DNA of 37,744 nucleotides from Paraglomus brasilianum (Eukaryota): NCBI GenBank assembly GCA_910592345.1, contig CAJVPI010000270.1, positions 1 to 37,744 of the forward strand, read 5' to 3'. Shown piece by piece: positions 12,038 to 24,699 of this stretch (position 1 is its first letter; each line of letters starts with the position of its first letter). The notes under the pieces were generated by a model. It saw only the letters and a program-made list of their open reading frames with translations, ran no database searches and was not told where the DNA came from. The position numbers and the translations under genes were made by a program.

Positions 12038-14029
12038 ATAAACCGGGCCGTATATCAACGGAAGGAGTGTCTATTAATAGTTGTGAGAATAAATAAGTAA
12101 TCATTTAAAAGTATTTTTAGATTATTGTAAAGACATGGACAATATCGCATCTATGCAAGTATCGTAAGACACTATCAATATAAACTAATATGGCTTGACA
12201 AAACAATAATTATTTGATGAGTGCTCATTGGAGGAGGGTAAATGCAAGGATTGCTTTTGTCGGAAAGTTTATGGTAATTAGAAAGATGAATTGGCTGACA
12301 CTGATTTCAATGAAACCGTAAGCTAACTCATTGTCACTGTTTGTGTTTGTCGCGACCGTGGTAACTTTCCTGTATCAAACCGGAGCAAATTATATTGACA
12401 GTGAATGCCAAAGTATATCGATCGTATAACAAAATAATCAATTATATACAAAACTATCAGACATATCAAAAAAATAAGATAACACGAAGACAGTGGCATC
12501 CCTTACCAATATTTTTCACAACAACTGATGGTCTGATTGGCGTAAAATTTAACAACATGATCTAAAAATAAACCGGTCCCAGCAAAAAAACACGTAATGG
12601 GTTTTCAATATGCTTATTCCCCTATAAGCAGCACATAAATGGAAATGAGGCTAATCGGAATTTGGTATTCGGTAATGCAAAAAGTAATAGAAATAGCCAA
12701 GATAGGTTAGGCTGCTTGGGGTAAGCCCCAACCGCAGTAATGCCTTTGTTTATGTGCCCAACAATTCAAAACGTTTTTGCTGATACTACGTTATTGGACA
12801 ATAAATATCCTTTGGCACTGACCTACAAAATGGTACCAGGCAAACGTAAATATAAACCAAATGGGCAATACTATTATTATTATCCATATGAAATTAGGTT
12901 GTTTGGACATCGGACGGGAAGCAATTACATTGTATGCATTCCTCCCGATAATATATTTGAGATATCTTTGCAATCTCCATTTTAAGATTGTTTGTAATAA
13001 GCCCCCAACATAATGAAATAAAACCATATGTGGTAATAATAATAATAACATACAGTAGCTAGAACAATCTATTTCATATGCTGGAACTACGCCTGGACCC
13101 ATACGGTAGTTACCGCACTTTAAGTGTAACTCGGTAAATGCACTCCAATTGATAACATGCAAGTTCACACACTGATGGCATGCGATTGAGCGAATGCGTC
13201 GTTGTCTCTTTGTTTCAAATATACTCTTATTCGACGGGACGCAGTTGATTGAGATGAGATTGTATGCAGATGACCACTATCATCTCTCAGCCCCCAATAA
13301 ACGCACTAATCTGATTTAGGTAGCATTTATCCACAACGGGTGTAATAGCCACGTGACTTATATGACTGAGACTAAACGTGAAGTATGGTGTAACCGTTAA
13401 TACGTCGTCGCTGTTCCTCATTTGGATTTACAATATGCAGAACAAGGTGAGATTTTTAACGAAAGTTTATGCATGCATGTTATTGTTTATGCAGTGTGTA
13501 AATCCCGCATATCAGTAAATCTTGTTACCCGCATTTGCATATGTAAATCCCGTCCCGTCCAAGTCTCCCCAAATTTCTTACTAACGTTGGCTCTTGCTTT
13601 TGACTCACAAATATGCTTGTCATTGCTTACTATCACTTCAGTTTCTCATCTAACTCGGGAATTTAAACCAGTTTTCTGGCCATTTACTAGGCGAAACATT
13701 CAGAGTTCCGGAGCCACCACGTCCCGTAAAGTTGTTTTATGACACATTTGACCGACCATATATGAGCAAACCGTACGATCACTCGGATTGTAAACAGTGT
13801 GATTAACATAAAAATTGCGAATCGTATGTTGACAGACCATACGTTTAGCAATCATAAGACGTATGTTTTTCGATTCTCTGCGAAGATAATACATGACACT
13901 AAACTTGTACACTTTACATAGACAATTGTTCTGACGAAGAAGCTGAGACAGACGTAACAAACGTATTTATTTGTTTAATTTTTATATACAGTACAAGCTC
14001 TCATTTCCCCGCCTACATTATGTAATCGG

Positions 14030-14471
14030 TTAACCAAGCATGCAAGATTGAGAAAAATAACTGAACAAAGTACAAAGAAAGCTTGAAATAAAATACGAAA
14101 GCGGCTCCTTTCTAAGGATAAATCAACAAACAGAGACTTTCAGAATGGGTCTATAGTTACAATTTTAATTCCGTATATCGAAGATTATCGTTACTTCCTT
14201 GCAAGACAGTCGAAGAAATAAATAAGAAGTATCGGTTGGGATCTTCCAGGATTCTGAATGTCACTCATGGTGCGCAATGAATTAAACTTGGTAGAAGCTG
14301 CTGAGTTTCCTGAATTAGATAATATACCCAGACAATAACCTTAAGAGAGGCGGCAAGAGCCAAATAGTCAAATAAGATGTACGTGTGCTTGCTGATGGGT
14401 GCGGTTGTAGAAAGTCAAAACAGAAGTGTGTAACAAAATGTCATAAGGATAGTGTTAGTTGTAATTATTGA
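14030..14471 (+). pseudogene. C-terminal remnant of a KRBA2/SCAND3-like (Ginger-type) integrase-transposase
   Basis: Across frameshifts: FQNGSIVTILIP..LLPCKTVEEINKKYRLGS..ELNLVEAAEFPELDNIP..ITLREAAR..CTC..GCGCRKSKQKCVTKCH, the characteristic Cys-rich tail of this family. Confidence 0.8.
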
Positions 14472-14948
14472 CTTATTATTGTCAATATCGTCCAAGGTCC
14501 TCAAAATCTATGCATCACCACGGGATCACCATTATTGTATTTCCCGGACAGTCTGTTTTTTGGGGTATTCCGTACTACTGCTACGCCAAACAGATTGTTG
14601 ATCTTTCTAATACAAGGAATTAGTTTAGTGCGCCATTGTCTTTTATTCGATTGTCACTTTCCCTGCTTCTAAAATCAGTTGTGGAACCTATTAACGTTTG
14701 ACAATAAAGTTTTCCATTTGTTGACACATAATTATTTTTTTTCTTTACGCCAAGGGGTCATAAACAAATGACTATTGTTGACAAGAAAGTCATTAACCGT
14801 TTTAACAAAAAGTTCGAGATTTCCCGCAGATTTTTATCAAAAGGTAAACGCTACCCGTGGACAAGTCATTTGATCTCGTCGGCTTTGATTTCAAAAACTC
14901 AATCAAAGCAGCACGCGAAAGGTTAAATAAGTCGAAATAAGCAGTAAC

Positions 14949-15210
14949 ATGAATTCAGTCTTTTATTTGTCTTGTTCGGTATGGCTTTTCTCCATACTGG
15001 CACGGCATCTCCAACACGAATCTTGAAAAGCGTTACAAGTGTAATGAAGCCTGCTACACTCCACCTGATTGGTGTAGTGGTTATCCTCCAGACAGAAAGG
15101 CCCCATGCTGGCCCAATTGTGGATGCTATATAGGAGCTTGTGTAATTGCTACAATGGCTACTGTATATGCGGTGCTGACTACTATCAAATTTCCTGGGAA
15201 GTATTTCTAA
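14949..15210 (+). pseudogene. Frameshifted prepro Cys-rich secreted peptide
   Basis: Joining frames gives M-FSLLFVLFGMAFLHTGTASPT-NLEKR|YKCNEACYTPPDWCSGYPPDRKAPCWPNCGCYI-SLCNCYNGYCICGADYYQI. Signal peptide, Kex2-type KR site, ~10 Cys. Needs about three 1-nt corrections. The 3' end is uncertain. Confidence 0.7.
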
Positions 15211-15540
15211 TAATTTATATGTTTACTGCTATTATCCGTTGCCAATTTTCGCATTCGTCATAAAAAAAGAGTGACGAAAATATTTATTCGCTTATCGTCT
15301 TTATTTTTCTGAAACGTTGAATGGAGCGTTGAATCTGCAATCTTATCTTTACAGTAAACGGATTAGTATAAATGGTTAACTTATTCTGAATACTTGACAT
15401 TTACTCTAACAAAATAGAAAATTTTCTGATACAAATTATTTTGAGTTTATTAATACAGATAACCAGCAGGTTGACACTAAAAAAATGTTGTTCAGATCTT
15501 CCTACCTACCATTCACAAGTAACTTAAGAGCGATTGCGAT

Positions 15541-15705
15541 GGGTCCGGTTCATTTCATCGACAATCATTTTACCGACAGTACGTTTCACCGACATAAATT
15601 TCATCGAAAACCAATGATAAGTGCGATAAACAATGTGTCACGTGAAATGACTGTCGGTGAAGTGTACTGTCGATGAAATGATTGTCGATGAAATAAATGC
15701 CTCCC
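15541..15705. mobile_element. MITE (165 bp) with 8-bp TSD
   Basis: gggtccgg...gcctccc, ends oriented opposite to the 7227 copy, flanked by attgcgat (15533-15540, 15706-15713). Confidence 0.92.
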
Positions 15706-15815
15706 ATTGCGATAATGGATTATTTACTTTTACAGTAATGGCATTTTGAATTTCAACATGCACAGTAATTGCATTCTGCAACGTTAATACAAAGGTTTTT
15801 TAATTATCAAAGGTA

Positions 15816-16680
15816 CACTACCTAGACAAAAGTATCGGACACCCTGACTTTATTAATTGCTCAAAGTGTACATAATAATTGAGGTTAAAATTTTTATATG
15901 TTATAGTCTATCTTCTTATTAGTCTATGTATAAGACTAATACTTTGTCGGCCAGCTCTTACTCGCAATGCATGCTTCAACTCTTCGAGGCATACTTTTTA
16001 ATTAAATTTACCAAAACATTGTTAGTAATTTGGCCTCAAGTTCCCAATTTTTAGCCATGATTTAACGCGTCCTTCCAATTCTGACCATAAATGCTCAAAT
16101 CAGGTGATTGGCTTAGCCAATTAGGTAAATTTTTCTTTCAATACGCCAACCTAGGCAACTTTCTCGTTGCCGATCAGTAAGTAAAGGTTGGATGTTGGCA
16201 TGCGAGAAAAAAAATTCAAGTTTGTGCAAATTAGTTCTTTCATTAAACAGTTTTTAATTTGTCTAGCCAATTATTTCTTGTTGTTTTGCTTAACAACCAG
16301 TTTTAATATTTTTTTTGCCCAAAATTTAAAAGTTCTGAGCGGCACTGCGTGGTTGGGTTGCGAGACTTTTTTCCAAAAAAATTTTTAAATTTTCGTATTA
16401 CTGTTGCTCTAAGGAAATCAAGAGTTTTAGATATGCACAGTTTTGTAGCACTACTCTTAAACCCGATAATTTGGCCAAATTCGGCTTCGGTTAAGTCGGA
16501 CATTTTCAAGTTAAAAGTTAAAACACCAATCACGTTTATTATATTGTTTACTAAGGAAATAAATATAAACAACGCGCATAAAATTATATCGCGTTTCATA
16601 AAAAGTTTAGCTTCAGTTATTATGCACACTTTAGAGCAATTAATAAAGTTAGGGTGTCTGATACTTTTGTCCAGGCAATG
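15816..16680 (-). mobile_element. Internally deleted Tc1-like transposon
   Basis: TA-flanked TIRs cactacctagacaaaagtatcggacaccc.../...gggtgtctgatacttttgtccaggcaatg. Minus-strand remnants MSDLTEAEFGQIIG, WLSQSPDL..EHLWSELEGRVK and SMPRRVEACIASKSWPTKY. Confidence 0.93.
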
Positions 16681-16711
16681 TATATTGTTAGATAACATGT
16701 GACTGTACTTG

Positions 16712-17563
16712 CAGGGGTGTCAAAAGTATTGCACAGTCGAAATGCAGACAATTTATAAAATTGTTAATAACTGCCCACGTAATTCTTATACCATATTTGC
16801 CTATATATTGGCCAAACGTATTTATGCCTATTCAGATTGTAAAAACTAGTTTTCACATTTCTACCATTTTCGATTTTTCGCATAATGTCTTGCTAAAGAA
16901 TTAACTTTTACACGCATTATTGCAATTAAAAATTAGGCCACGATAATGCAAAAGCTGTGGATGTCATCGAACAACAATTACAAGATGCGTTGCAGCTTAT
17001 GAACTGTGAGCTTTCAAAAAAGATCAACCGACTATACTTTATGACAGCCATAAAGATAAATATTGAAGGCTATGGTTCTCAAAAACTAATAAAAATTTCT
17101 GACATATTTTCTGCTGAAATCAAAAACAAAAACAATTTGCAAGCACTTATAAGGAAAATTTTGCATTTCTGCATACCTCGAAAAAGCCTTTTATTTCGGG
17201 CAATAGAAAGAAGACATTGGGACTGCGGGGGACTGGAAAAAAAAACTGGGCAGATGAGTCTATGGTTTCAGCTTCGAAAACCTGAAGAATGTGAAGAAAG
17301 TCAGGAGAGAATTCATGAAGATTGCATTTCATTAACAGTAAAACATTCTCCACCAAAAATGTAGCAAGACATTATGCGAAAAAACGAGAATGGTAGAGAT
17401 TTTAAAACCAGCTTTCACAATCTGTGATAGATTAAATCAAAGCAATAGGCAAAAATATGTTTGGCCAATATATAGGCGAATATGGTATAAAAATTACGTG
17501 GGTAGTTACTATTAACAATTGTATTAAATTGTCTGCATTTCTAATACTTTTGATACTCCACTA
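16712..17563 (+). mobile_element. Second deleted Tc1-like element with long (~185-200 bp) TIRs
   Basis: 16712-16895 is the imperfect reverse complement of 17362-17563. The interior encodes Tc1-type fragments (AIERRHW, ERIHEDCISLTVKHSPPKM). Confidence 0.88.
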
Positions 17564-18584
17564 TATATAGGTATTGTACTGAGTCCATTTATACGTCATA
17601 ACAATGTAATAAATACTTTATATATTATTTGAAATGGTAAACCAACAATTTCTCAGCGTCTCACTTGAAGCAACTACTTAGTTGACTTATGATATCGTTA
17701 TTTCCATAATTATAATAATAGGTCAAACGGAAGCATATTTTTCTATGCATCTGCCTACGGGGATAGTTTCCTGTCCGATGTGTATACGTTGCATGTTTAT
17801 CCTGTTAATTAATAGCGACAGGGGACTAACTATCTCCTGCATTTACTGCTGTGTTACGACCTACTGTACAGGTTAAGGTCGGTCTAATACTGTATAGTAG
17901 AACTTTAAGTATCGTAGCACTAGATGCGTAAATGATTTTCTACTCTCAAAAGTCTTTATATGTTTAATACGGAATCTTGCTTTTTATTCCTGATTTCTGG
18001 TCAACAATACCTTTACGTATTTAACGCAATAACGTTCCAGGCAAGTGTTCGAGTACAATGTTTGAGTAAAGAATAATTCGAAAATTGTACTGCGGTTTCT
18101 ACATGTAACGATGTAGATTCACCACTGTATTCCGTCTCACATATGTAGCGGCTTACGCCAAAAACTGTGGTACAAACAGTTGGCTTGTGCTAAATTAAAC
18201 CTAGTTTTAGCCCATTTGCCGATTATTTGTCTGCAACCTGAACAACAAATCATATAAACTTCTTATCTCTTTGCTTTTCTCGACATACTGTACGAAAGCT
18301 TGCGTCTTTTTTGAGTGTCCTAGAGGTGTAAGACCTCTGCTTTAACAGCCTATGCTTTATTCCCTCAACAATTTAGAGTTTAAAGTTTGCACACTAAAAC
18401 GCAAGATTTTTCGTTTGTGGATTTGTGTGAGGGGCACCCCTATTTGTAACACAACTCGATTATTATCACTCCATCGATCACTATCTGAATTGTAGTATCC
18501 ATCTCGTTAGAAAATCAGAAAACCGATCACTTGAGTATAAGCGCATCGGTATTGTCTTTCATGTAATATTTTCACCGACTCATT

Positions 18585-19368
18585 TCAATAAATCACAAGA
18601 CCAACAACTTTCAACTTGTCTACATCTTCATCGTCATGCAATGCATTCTGCAGATATAGCCATCCGATAACCCCACCTATTACCAATACAACCAAGTAGT
18701 TTGTCCAAGTGTTCTCAACGACAAGTACTTTGTTTGCTATTAGAGTTGTAAATCGAAAATATTGTGTCCAGGCCCAGACAAGGAGAATCATGCCAATTAG
18801 AATGAGAGATATCGATAGGGGCGTCATGGAAGACTCGGGTGGTGATGGATCAAGAGCAAATGTTTCGGGAGGAATCGATATTATGGGAATCGGAGACGGA
18901 AATGTTAGCAACACTCCTGTTAACATTATAGCCATGCTTAAGCGAAGGTAGGATAAAAACGTGCGTTCAAGGGCTAAAGAAAGAGCAGAAATGTGAATGA
19001 ATACAAGTACCTGGAATACAAGTACCTGGAACACTACAATTCGTTTTTACATATACACCTTAGTATTACTTACATAATATGTCTCTGGCAACGCTGACTT
19101 TATTTCGTAATATGAACGATGTACAAAATATACTGTGCCTCTGACGACAAATTAGAGAGTTTGTCTCCTGATGTTCTAAGTCAGTAGAGTCGGCAATTTG
19201 ACTAGTACAGTCAACGTGTTTATTTGCGTTATTGTGAGTGGACTTTTTGTTATCACAGTCTTTGGACTTGTTATCATCGTCTTGTGATATAAATGTGCCG
19301 TAGTCGGAAAGGTGTGTTGATGTTGATGTGAGTGGTTTATTATTTTCTGTTGCTGTTGGTATTCCCAT
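18585..19368 (-). CDS. DUF202 (YidH-like) membrane protein, ~227 aa
   Basis: Exons 19368-19074 and 18973-18585 splice to NKVSVARDILSLERTFLSYLRLS, the DUF202 signature, followed by three hydrophobic helices. TATATAAAA at 19428-19436 favours ATG 19368 over 19470. Confidence 0.9.
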
Positions 19369-20758
19369 GTTTGAATATCGGTCAGTATTGTAGTGAGGAT
19401 GAATACAATTTCTGTGCAAACATCTTATTTTATATACGTCAGTTGATACAATACTAATATAGTAAGCCATTCAACGCCCAACGAATCAAACGTCTTTGCC
19501 GTTCCGTCACGTTGTTTTAACACGCAACACACACATATGCACAAATTGATCAGGTGTGCAGTTTTTTAACTGCATATGGGTTACGGAGGTTCTGAGATTC
19601 CATGACTTGCATTTAGCAGTTGAGAATGTTGCATTCTACGTTCGTCTGGTTTGTCGATATATGCTGTGTAATAACCTTTGTATTCAATGATTATATTAAG
19701 TATCATACTTGTTACCAATGTTCTGCAATTAAAAACGACGGCAATAACCTATGGAATTTTATTGATACGAAAACTTCCATATCCTAGCTTAAATTGAGCA
19801 CGCATGTAGTACCAACGGGAGGAATTTAATTTTCACAAAGATCATATGATACTCTAGCGGCGCAATCCAAACATGCTAATCTTTTTTAGACAATAATCTA
19901 ACGGGGGTTTCTTGTAACACTTCATTCATTAGTACCGTGTGCAAACCTTATTTATCGTAACCCATATACAGATTTACTATAAATAAGACGCTTCTGAACG
20001 TAAAACTGTAACATTTCATATTATATATCGTCACTCACGCAGTTATAGTTGTTTCTTGTATGTGAATTACTAGTTTTAAGCCAGTCGTCTGAGGAGTTCC
20101 TTGCTGAAACGACGGGTGTCCGGTAAATCAAGCGACTAAAGTTGTAAAATTGATCCGTTTGTACGGTTAAGCAAACAATATATACTGGTAACAAAGTATG
20201 TTAAAGTTTTATCGGCTCAGTTTGCTAATGGACTAATAAGGTTAAAAAGTCTGCGCCAAGTATTCGTGCAAATTTCCCTTGGTAGACTTTCCTGTAAGTA
20301 TATGATCATGTGCAAATTTAGTCAGCGTATCATTATATAATAGCCATCTGGGTGCGATTTGGTTAGTATTTTTTTTCTTATGAAACAATAATGGGCATGC
20401 TGTATAGATGGTATAGATGTATACCCTTGATAACAATAAATATTTGATTTTTTGGAAAGTACGATTATACCTACAAATCCTTTAGTATAACAATGTAGCA
20501 AGGTAAATTACAATTTTGCCAGTCATGCGATTTAATCAATCAAAGATAATGAAGTTTTTTTTTCCATTACTCTAATATAATGCGGTTGTTTGGTTCAAGC
20601 CAACTTGTTAAATAATTTGATGTATTTGTATAACGGCTCAAAAATCTATTTCATGTCTTAATAAAGACTCGCTAATGCTGCTATATTTGGTTCAACTGCT
20701 ATTTAGAACAACAATATTTTGTATTCAAAACTAATCGATGCCAATTGGGGAATAAAGT

Positions 20759-20927
20759 GAGAGGCAATCATTTCATCGATAATCATTTCACCGACAATCA
20801 TTTCACCGACAATCATTTCACCGACAAATATTTACCAACATTATTTCGCAGTTATCCTTTTTTAGTAGTTAATTGTCGGTGAAATGTACTGTCGGTGAAA
20901 TGATTGTCGATGAAATAATACGGACCC
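20759..20927. mobile_element. MITE (169 bp) with 9-bp TSD
   Basis: Same subtype as 7227 with extra 16-bp aatcatttcaccgac(a) units, flanked by gaataaagt (20750-20758, 20928-20936). Confidence 0.93.
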
Positions 20928-22742
20928 GAATAAAGTAATCTGGGTAGGTATTATCGGTAAACACCTCGAATCTGTTGATTTTTTATGCACATGTTTACAG
21001 TTAAATTTGTTATGCGCCAGCCACAATAAGAAATTTGGACATCACTTCCTGATGGAATATGTGTAGTGAGTGTGAATAACAACGTATGGACGAACCAATA
21101 GAGGTCTTCAATTTGGCGTTATGTTTGTTTATTATTATAGTGTGCCGTATATTGTTGACAGTAACAGTAATTAGTTATGATCTACAAGCGCATACGTCCT
21201 ATTTCTGTCAACAACTCTATTGTTGAAGCAAGGAGGCTTTTTTTTTCATGTAATAACCTTTCATTTGCTTATAATACTGTCATATGTTTGCGAAACAATT
21301 GCAAAACATGATTTTTGGATAAGTTGCTGAATAATATCCAAAATGCCAAACCAGAGTTCATCACTAACATCCTGATTCTCTGGAAATCTCCATTTACTTA
21401 GCTGTAATACTTATTGGTTTTACAAAAAATGTACCTTTATTGTGCTTTCTCAAAGGTCTTGAAGTTGTGTAAGGGTTAGGGTTATCAAATAAGTCTAAAA
21501 AACTTACAAGCTATCAAATATCAGGTCTGACATCTAAAATTTATGAAGTTGCTATCAGGAATTGGACTAAAGTCATATATTAATATTAAATTGAGATTAC
21601 TTGAAGTTTAAGATCTGAGACGTAAATCCATGCATTTAGAACTGTATTATAGATTAAAATGTTCGCAAGTTTTAATCTTCTATATTAATCTAGAGTAATC
21701 TGTTACATTTACTCTTTTTTTCTGTTAGCATATTGATTAATGGTCTCTTTTGTCTTAGTGCGCTCTCACCAGTAATCCATTTTGGAAATCAGTTTATAGC
21801 CGGCTACAACAAAAAGGTAAAGAGATAATTTAAGCACATTTGGTAGCACAGCTTATCAGCGCCGTCCTCAATTGGTATATCCTGTATATATCCTTAAAAG
21901 GTGATTTTCGTCAAATGCGGTATTGAGCCATTGAAGGGGGAAGACGATTCATCGAGCCATCAGACGGCTAGATGGGTATTATATTGCTATGTATTACCAA
22001 ATTCGATTGACTCGATGAATGAGAACACAATTAATTATTCTTTTGGATTCGTTTACTATTACATATAGTAATGATATTGTCTCTCCGATGCTTATCAACA
22101 ACATGCCGTAGCAAGCCTTACAAATATTACTGTCAATGCGTTCAAATGTTTGAATTATAATACATAAATAACCCAATTTAGAGATATTGAGAATGGCATG
22201 AGACGTGAAAGCAATCGGTCGGTGTAAAGACATACAATAATATATTACTAATATCATTGTACTTAAGAATGCGTAGATTTTGGTGTAAAATTCTATATGG
22301 ATTCTATTATTCGAACCTAAAAATTATTGGTCCATGAATGACAGAGGCGCAATACATTTCGTTAATGTGGTCATTTACCCCTTTTCTTGTGAGACATGCA
22401 TGACGCAAAGGTACCATTACAATGCTAAATAAAAGTTCCCTAAATGAAACGGGCGGCGGTACCATAACAATATATAAATGGACGTTTCTTCCATTGTAGG
22501 CAACGCATTGACACAGCACATTAATTTAACGAATACTATTCAAGTATGCTAAGCATCGAAAGAGCTATATGCATGCAGATAGTGTAAGCGCATCATAATG
22601 TTGATGTTGATAAGATAAGATAAGATAAAAAAGGTTTATTTTTTTTATTAACAAAATTTGTACAAGTCGGATATTCAATGAACGCCTACTTTTAGGTTAA
22701 CGAAGTAAAATCGTGGAACGAATGTCTTCGTTAAAGTAAAAT

Positions 22743-24093
22743 TTACTGTGTAATAACATAATGATAATACGACGGCTGGCCTGCGAATTTTAAACGCTTT
22801 ATCAACTTTTTGCACGAAACAAGATATTTTGAGGAGTTTGTTCGTTGTAATGGCTTTAGGCGTCGATAAACTTGTTCACATGATGGCCGGTTATGAGGAT
22901 TTTCATCCCAACATTTAGAATACAGTGTAATATATTCTTTAGGTATTTTGCAAATCGTCTCATCCTCACGTAATCCACGCAGTCGGTGCAAGACAATTTC
23001 AGTACTTTGAACATATCCTTTGCATGGAACTTGGCGGCTAGCAATTTCCCAAAGTACTACTCCAAGGCTAAAAATATCAGATTTTTTCCCTCGTTTATAC
23101 GACCTGGCCTTAAAGCACATTGGATCTATGTATGCTGCGTGCCCTTCGCACCTTGACATAGACGATTCTTGGTTAAGAACACCAGACAAGCCAAAGTCTG
23201 TTATTTTTGCAACGCCTTTTTTAATAAGAATATTGGCGGATGTCTGCATAAAAGCGATAAATTTAGTATATATAACACAAATAGATTTTAATGGCAATGG
23301 ATTTTATATTGAGCAAATAATAATAGTTGTAAATACCAGGTCTTTGTGTACAATATTAAGAGTATGCAAATGTCTTAATCCATTGGTAACATCCAGGGCA
23401 AGTTTGTACTTTTGTTGCCAGGTCAAACTGTGAGAAGACTTGGCTAAGTAATTACACAAAGTTCCATCCTCAGCGTACTCTAGAATCATGTAACGTATAT
23501 CGTGCGTATCTGTTTGTATTAAATAAAGAAGCAATTTATAGTTTTGTAATTAGCCACTTGAATGACATAGCTTACATTAAACGATTAGCAATGATAAATC
23601 AACAATTTTGGTTTGAATTGTGTCCATACGAAATGTACAAACAAAAATTTGATCAATAGAATCAGAATCAAAACGTTCAAGTATCAATGTTTATATTATT
23701 AATTTAAAAATTATATACCCACCTTTATAGGAACCTAAGAACTGAATAATGTTGGGATTATAATTATCACTCGCTTGCTTGAGAATGTTTAGCTAATACA
23801 CGATACCGATGTAAGTTCAGGTTACGAAAAATATGTGGACAACAAGTAACGTAGTGATAGTTAACAACCTCTTTGTCAAACTGTTGGTCATGCTCTTCTT
23901 TACTTTTATATCGAGTTGAGAGCAACATTTTCATTGCGACTATTGTTCGAGATTGGTTTATTTCTCCTTTGAATACTGCGCCGTATCCCCCAACCGCCAC
24001 GATTTCACAGATGCTTATATCGCTTGCCTGATAGTCATTAAATGTACAATTCGTTCGAACGTTGCTAGATGCCAACTCAGTATACGGAGACAT
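22743..24093 (-). CDS. TKL protein kinase (~322 aa), paralog of the 5069 kinase without TPRs
   Basis: Exons 24093-23869, 23792-23723, 23509-23337 and 23243-22743, with the same three intron positions as the first kinase. Motifs AVGGYGAV, VAMK, NPNII, HKDLTSAN, DFG, YIDP, KKSDIFSLG. Confidence 0.92.
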
Positions 24094-24699
24094 GCTGGCA
24101 AGCGATTAATTTTAGATGAGCCACGCTTATATATTGGACTAGATTTTATATTATATTGTGTATATATTGAATACTATGTTACACAAGTGTATCTTTTTTA
24201 GTGTAATACATATATTCGAATGAATGCATTTCATATGGAGATATACAATATTAGCAAATGTAAAGGCAACTATGTAAAAAACATTGTTGTTATGAATGCT
24301 GACTGTCGGTCTATCATTGACGATAATCGTCACCACGTTGTTGTTCCAGTGATTATGGAGTTCATCAACCAAAAACAATTATAAAAATTCAATATTAATA
24401 TGACGGAAGACGTTTAGTCACAGCGACTTTCAGTAGCTCGGAATTTGGATTACTTTTATATTGAGTTGCTTATTAATATTTGACCATATTAGTGATCTGT
24501 AGATCATGATTATTCTGTGACACAGACGACATAACATGGCACCATTCATAACCCAAACAGGTCTTTAGCTCTACGATTTAGTCGAATCTCAAGACTTGCA
24601 TTTACGAAGGTTTGCATTAATTTGCGCAATACCTCGTCGTCATTAACATTATGTTTTGGTTTTTTTTTTCCGTGAAATTCTTCAAAGTCTCAGATAACT

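Noticed and set aside
12740..13200. Overlapping ORFs with a Tyr run
   Set aside because: No recognisable family or gene structure; possibly a decayed gene.
17757..17839. Small hairpin, possible tiny MITE
   Set aside because: Imperfect arms, a single copy in the window and no clean TSD.
19369..19470. Longer N-terminus for the DUF202 gene
   Set aside because: A TATA-like motif lies inside it, which favours ATG 19368; not fully excluded.
20081..20135. Hammerhead-like CTGAGGA...GAAAC
   Set aside because: Stem II is barely paired and no stem I can be formed around a cleavage triplet.
21472..21484. Telomere-like GGGTTAGGGTTA
   Set aside because: Only two units; compatible with chance.
21000..22260. 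Coding-like minus-strand fragments (WRFPENQDVSDELWFGILDII...)
   Set aside because: Too decayed to assign to a family from sequence alone.
22609..22628. (GATAA)4 microsatellite
   Set aside because: An ordinary short repeat downstream of the kinase, with no further signal.
23020..23433. Antisense ORFs over real genes (also 5966-6166, 11495-11761, 18709-18951, 32283-32495)
   Set aside because: Shadow frames of genes or transposases on the other strand.
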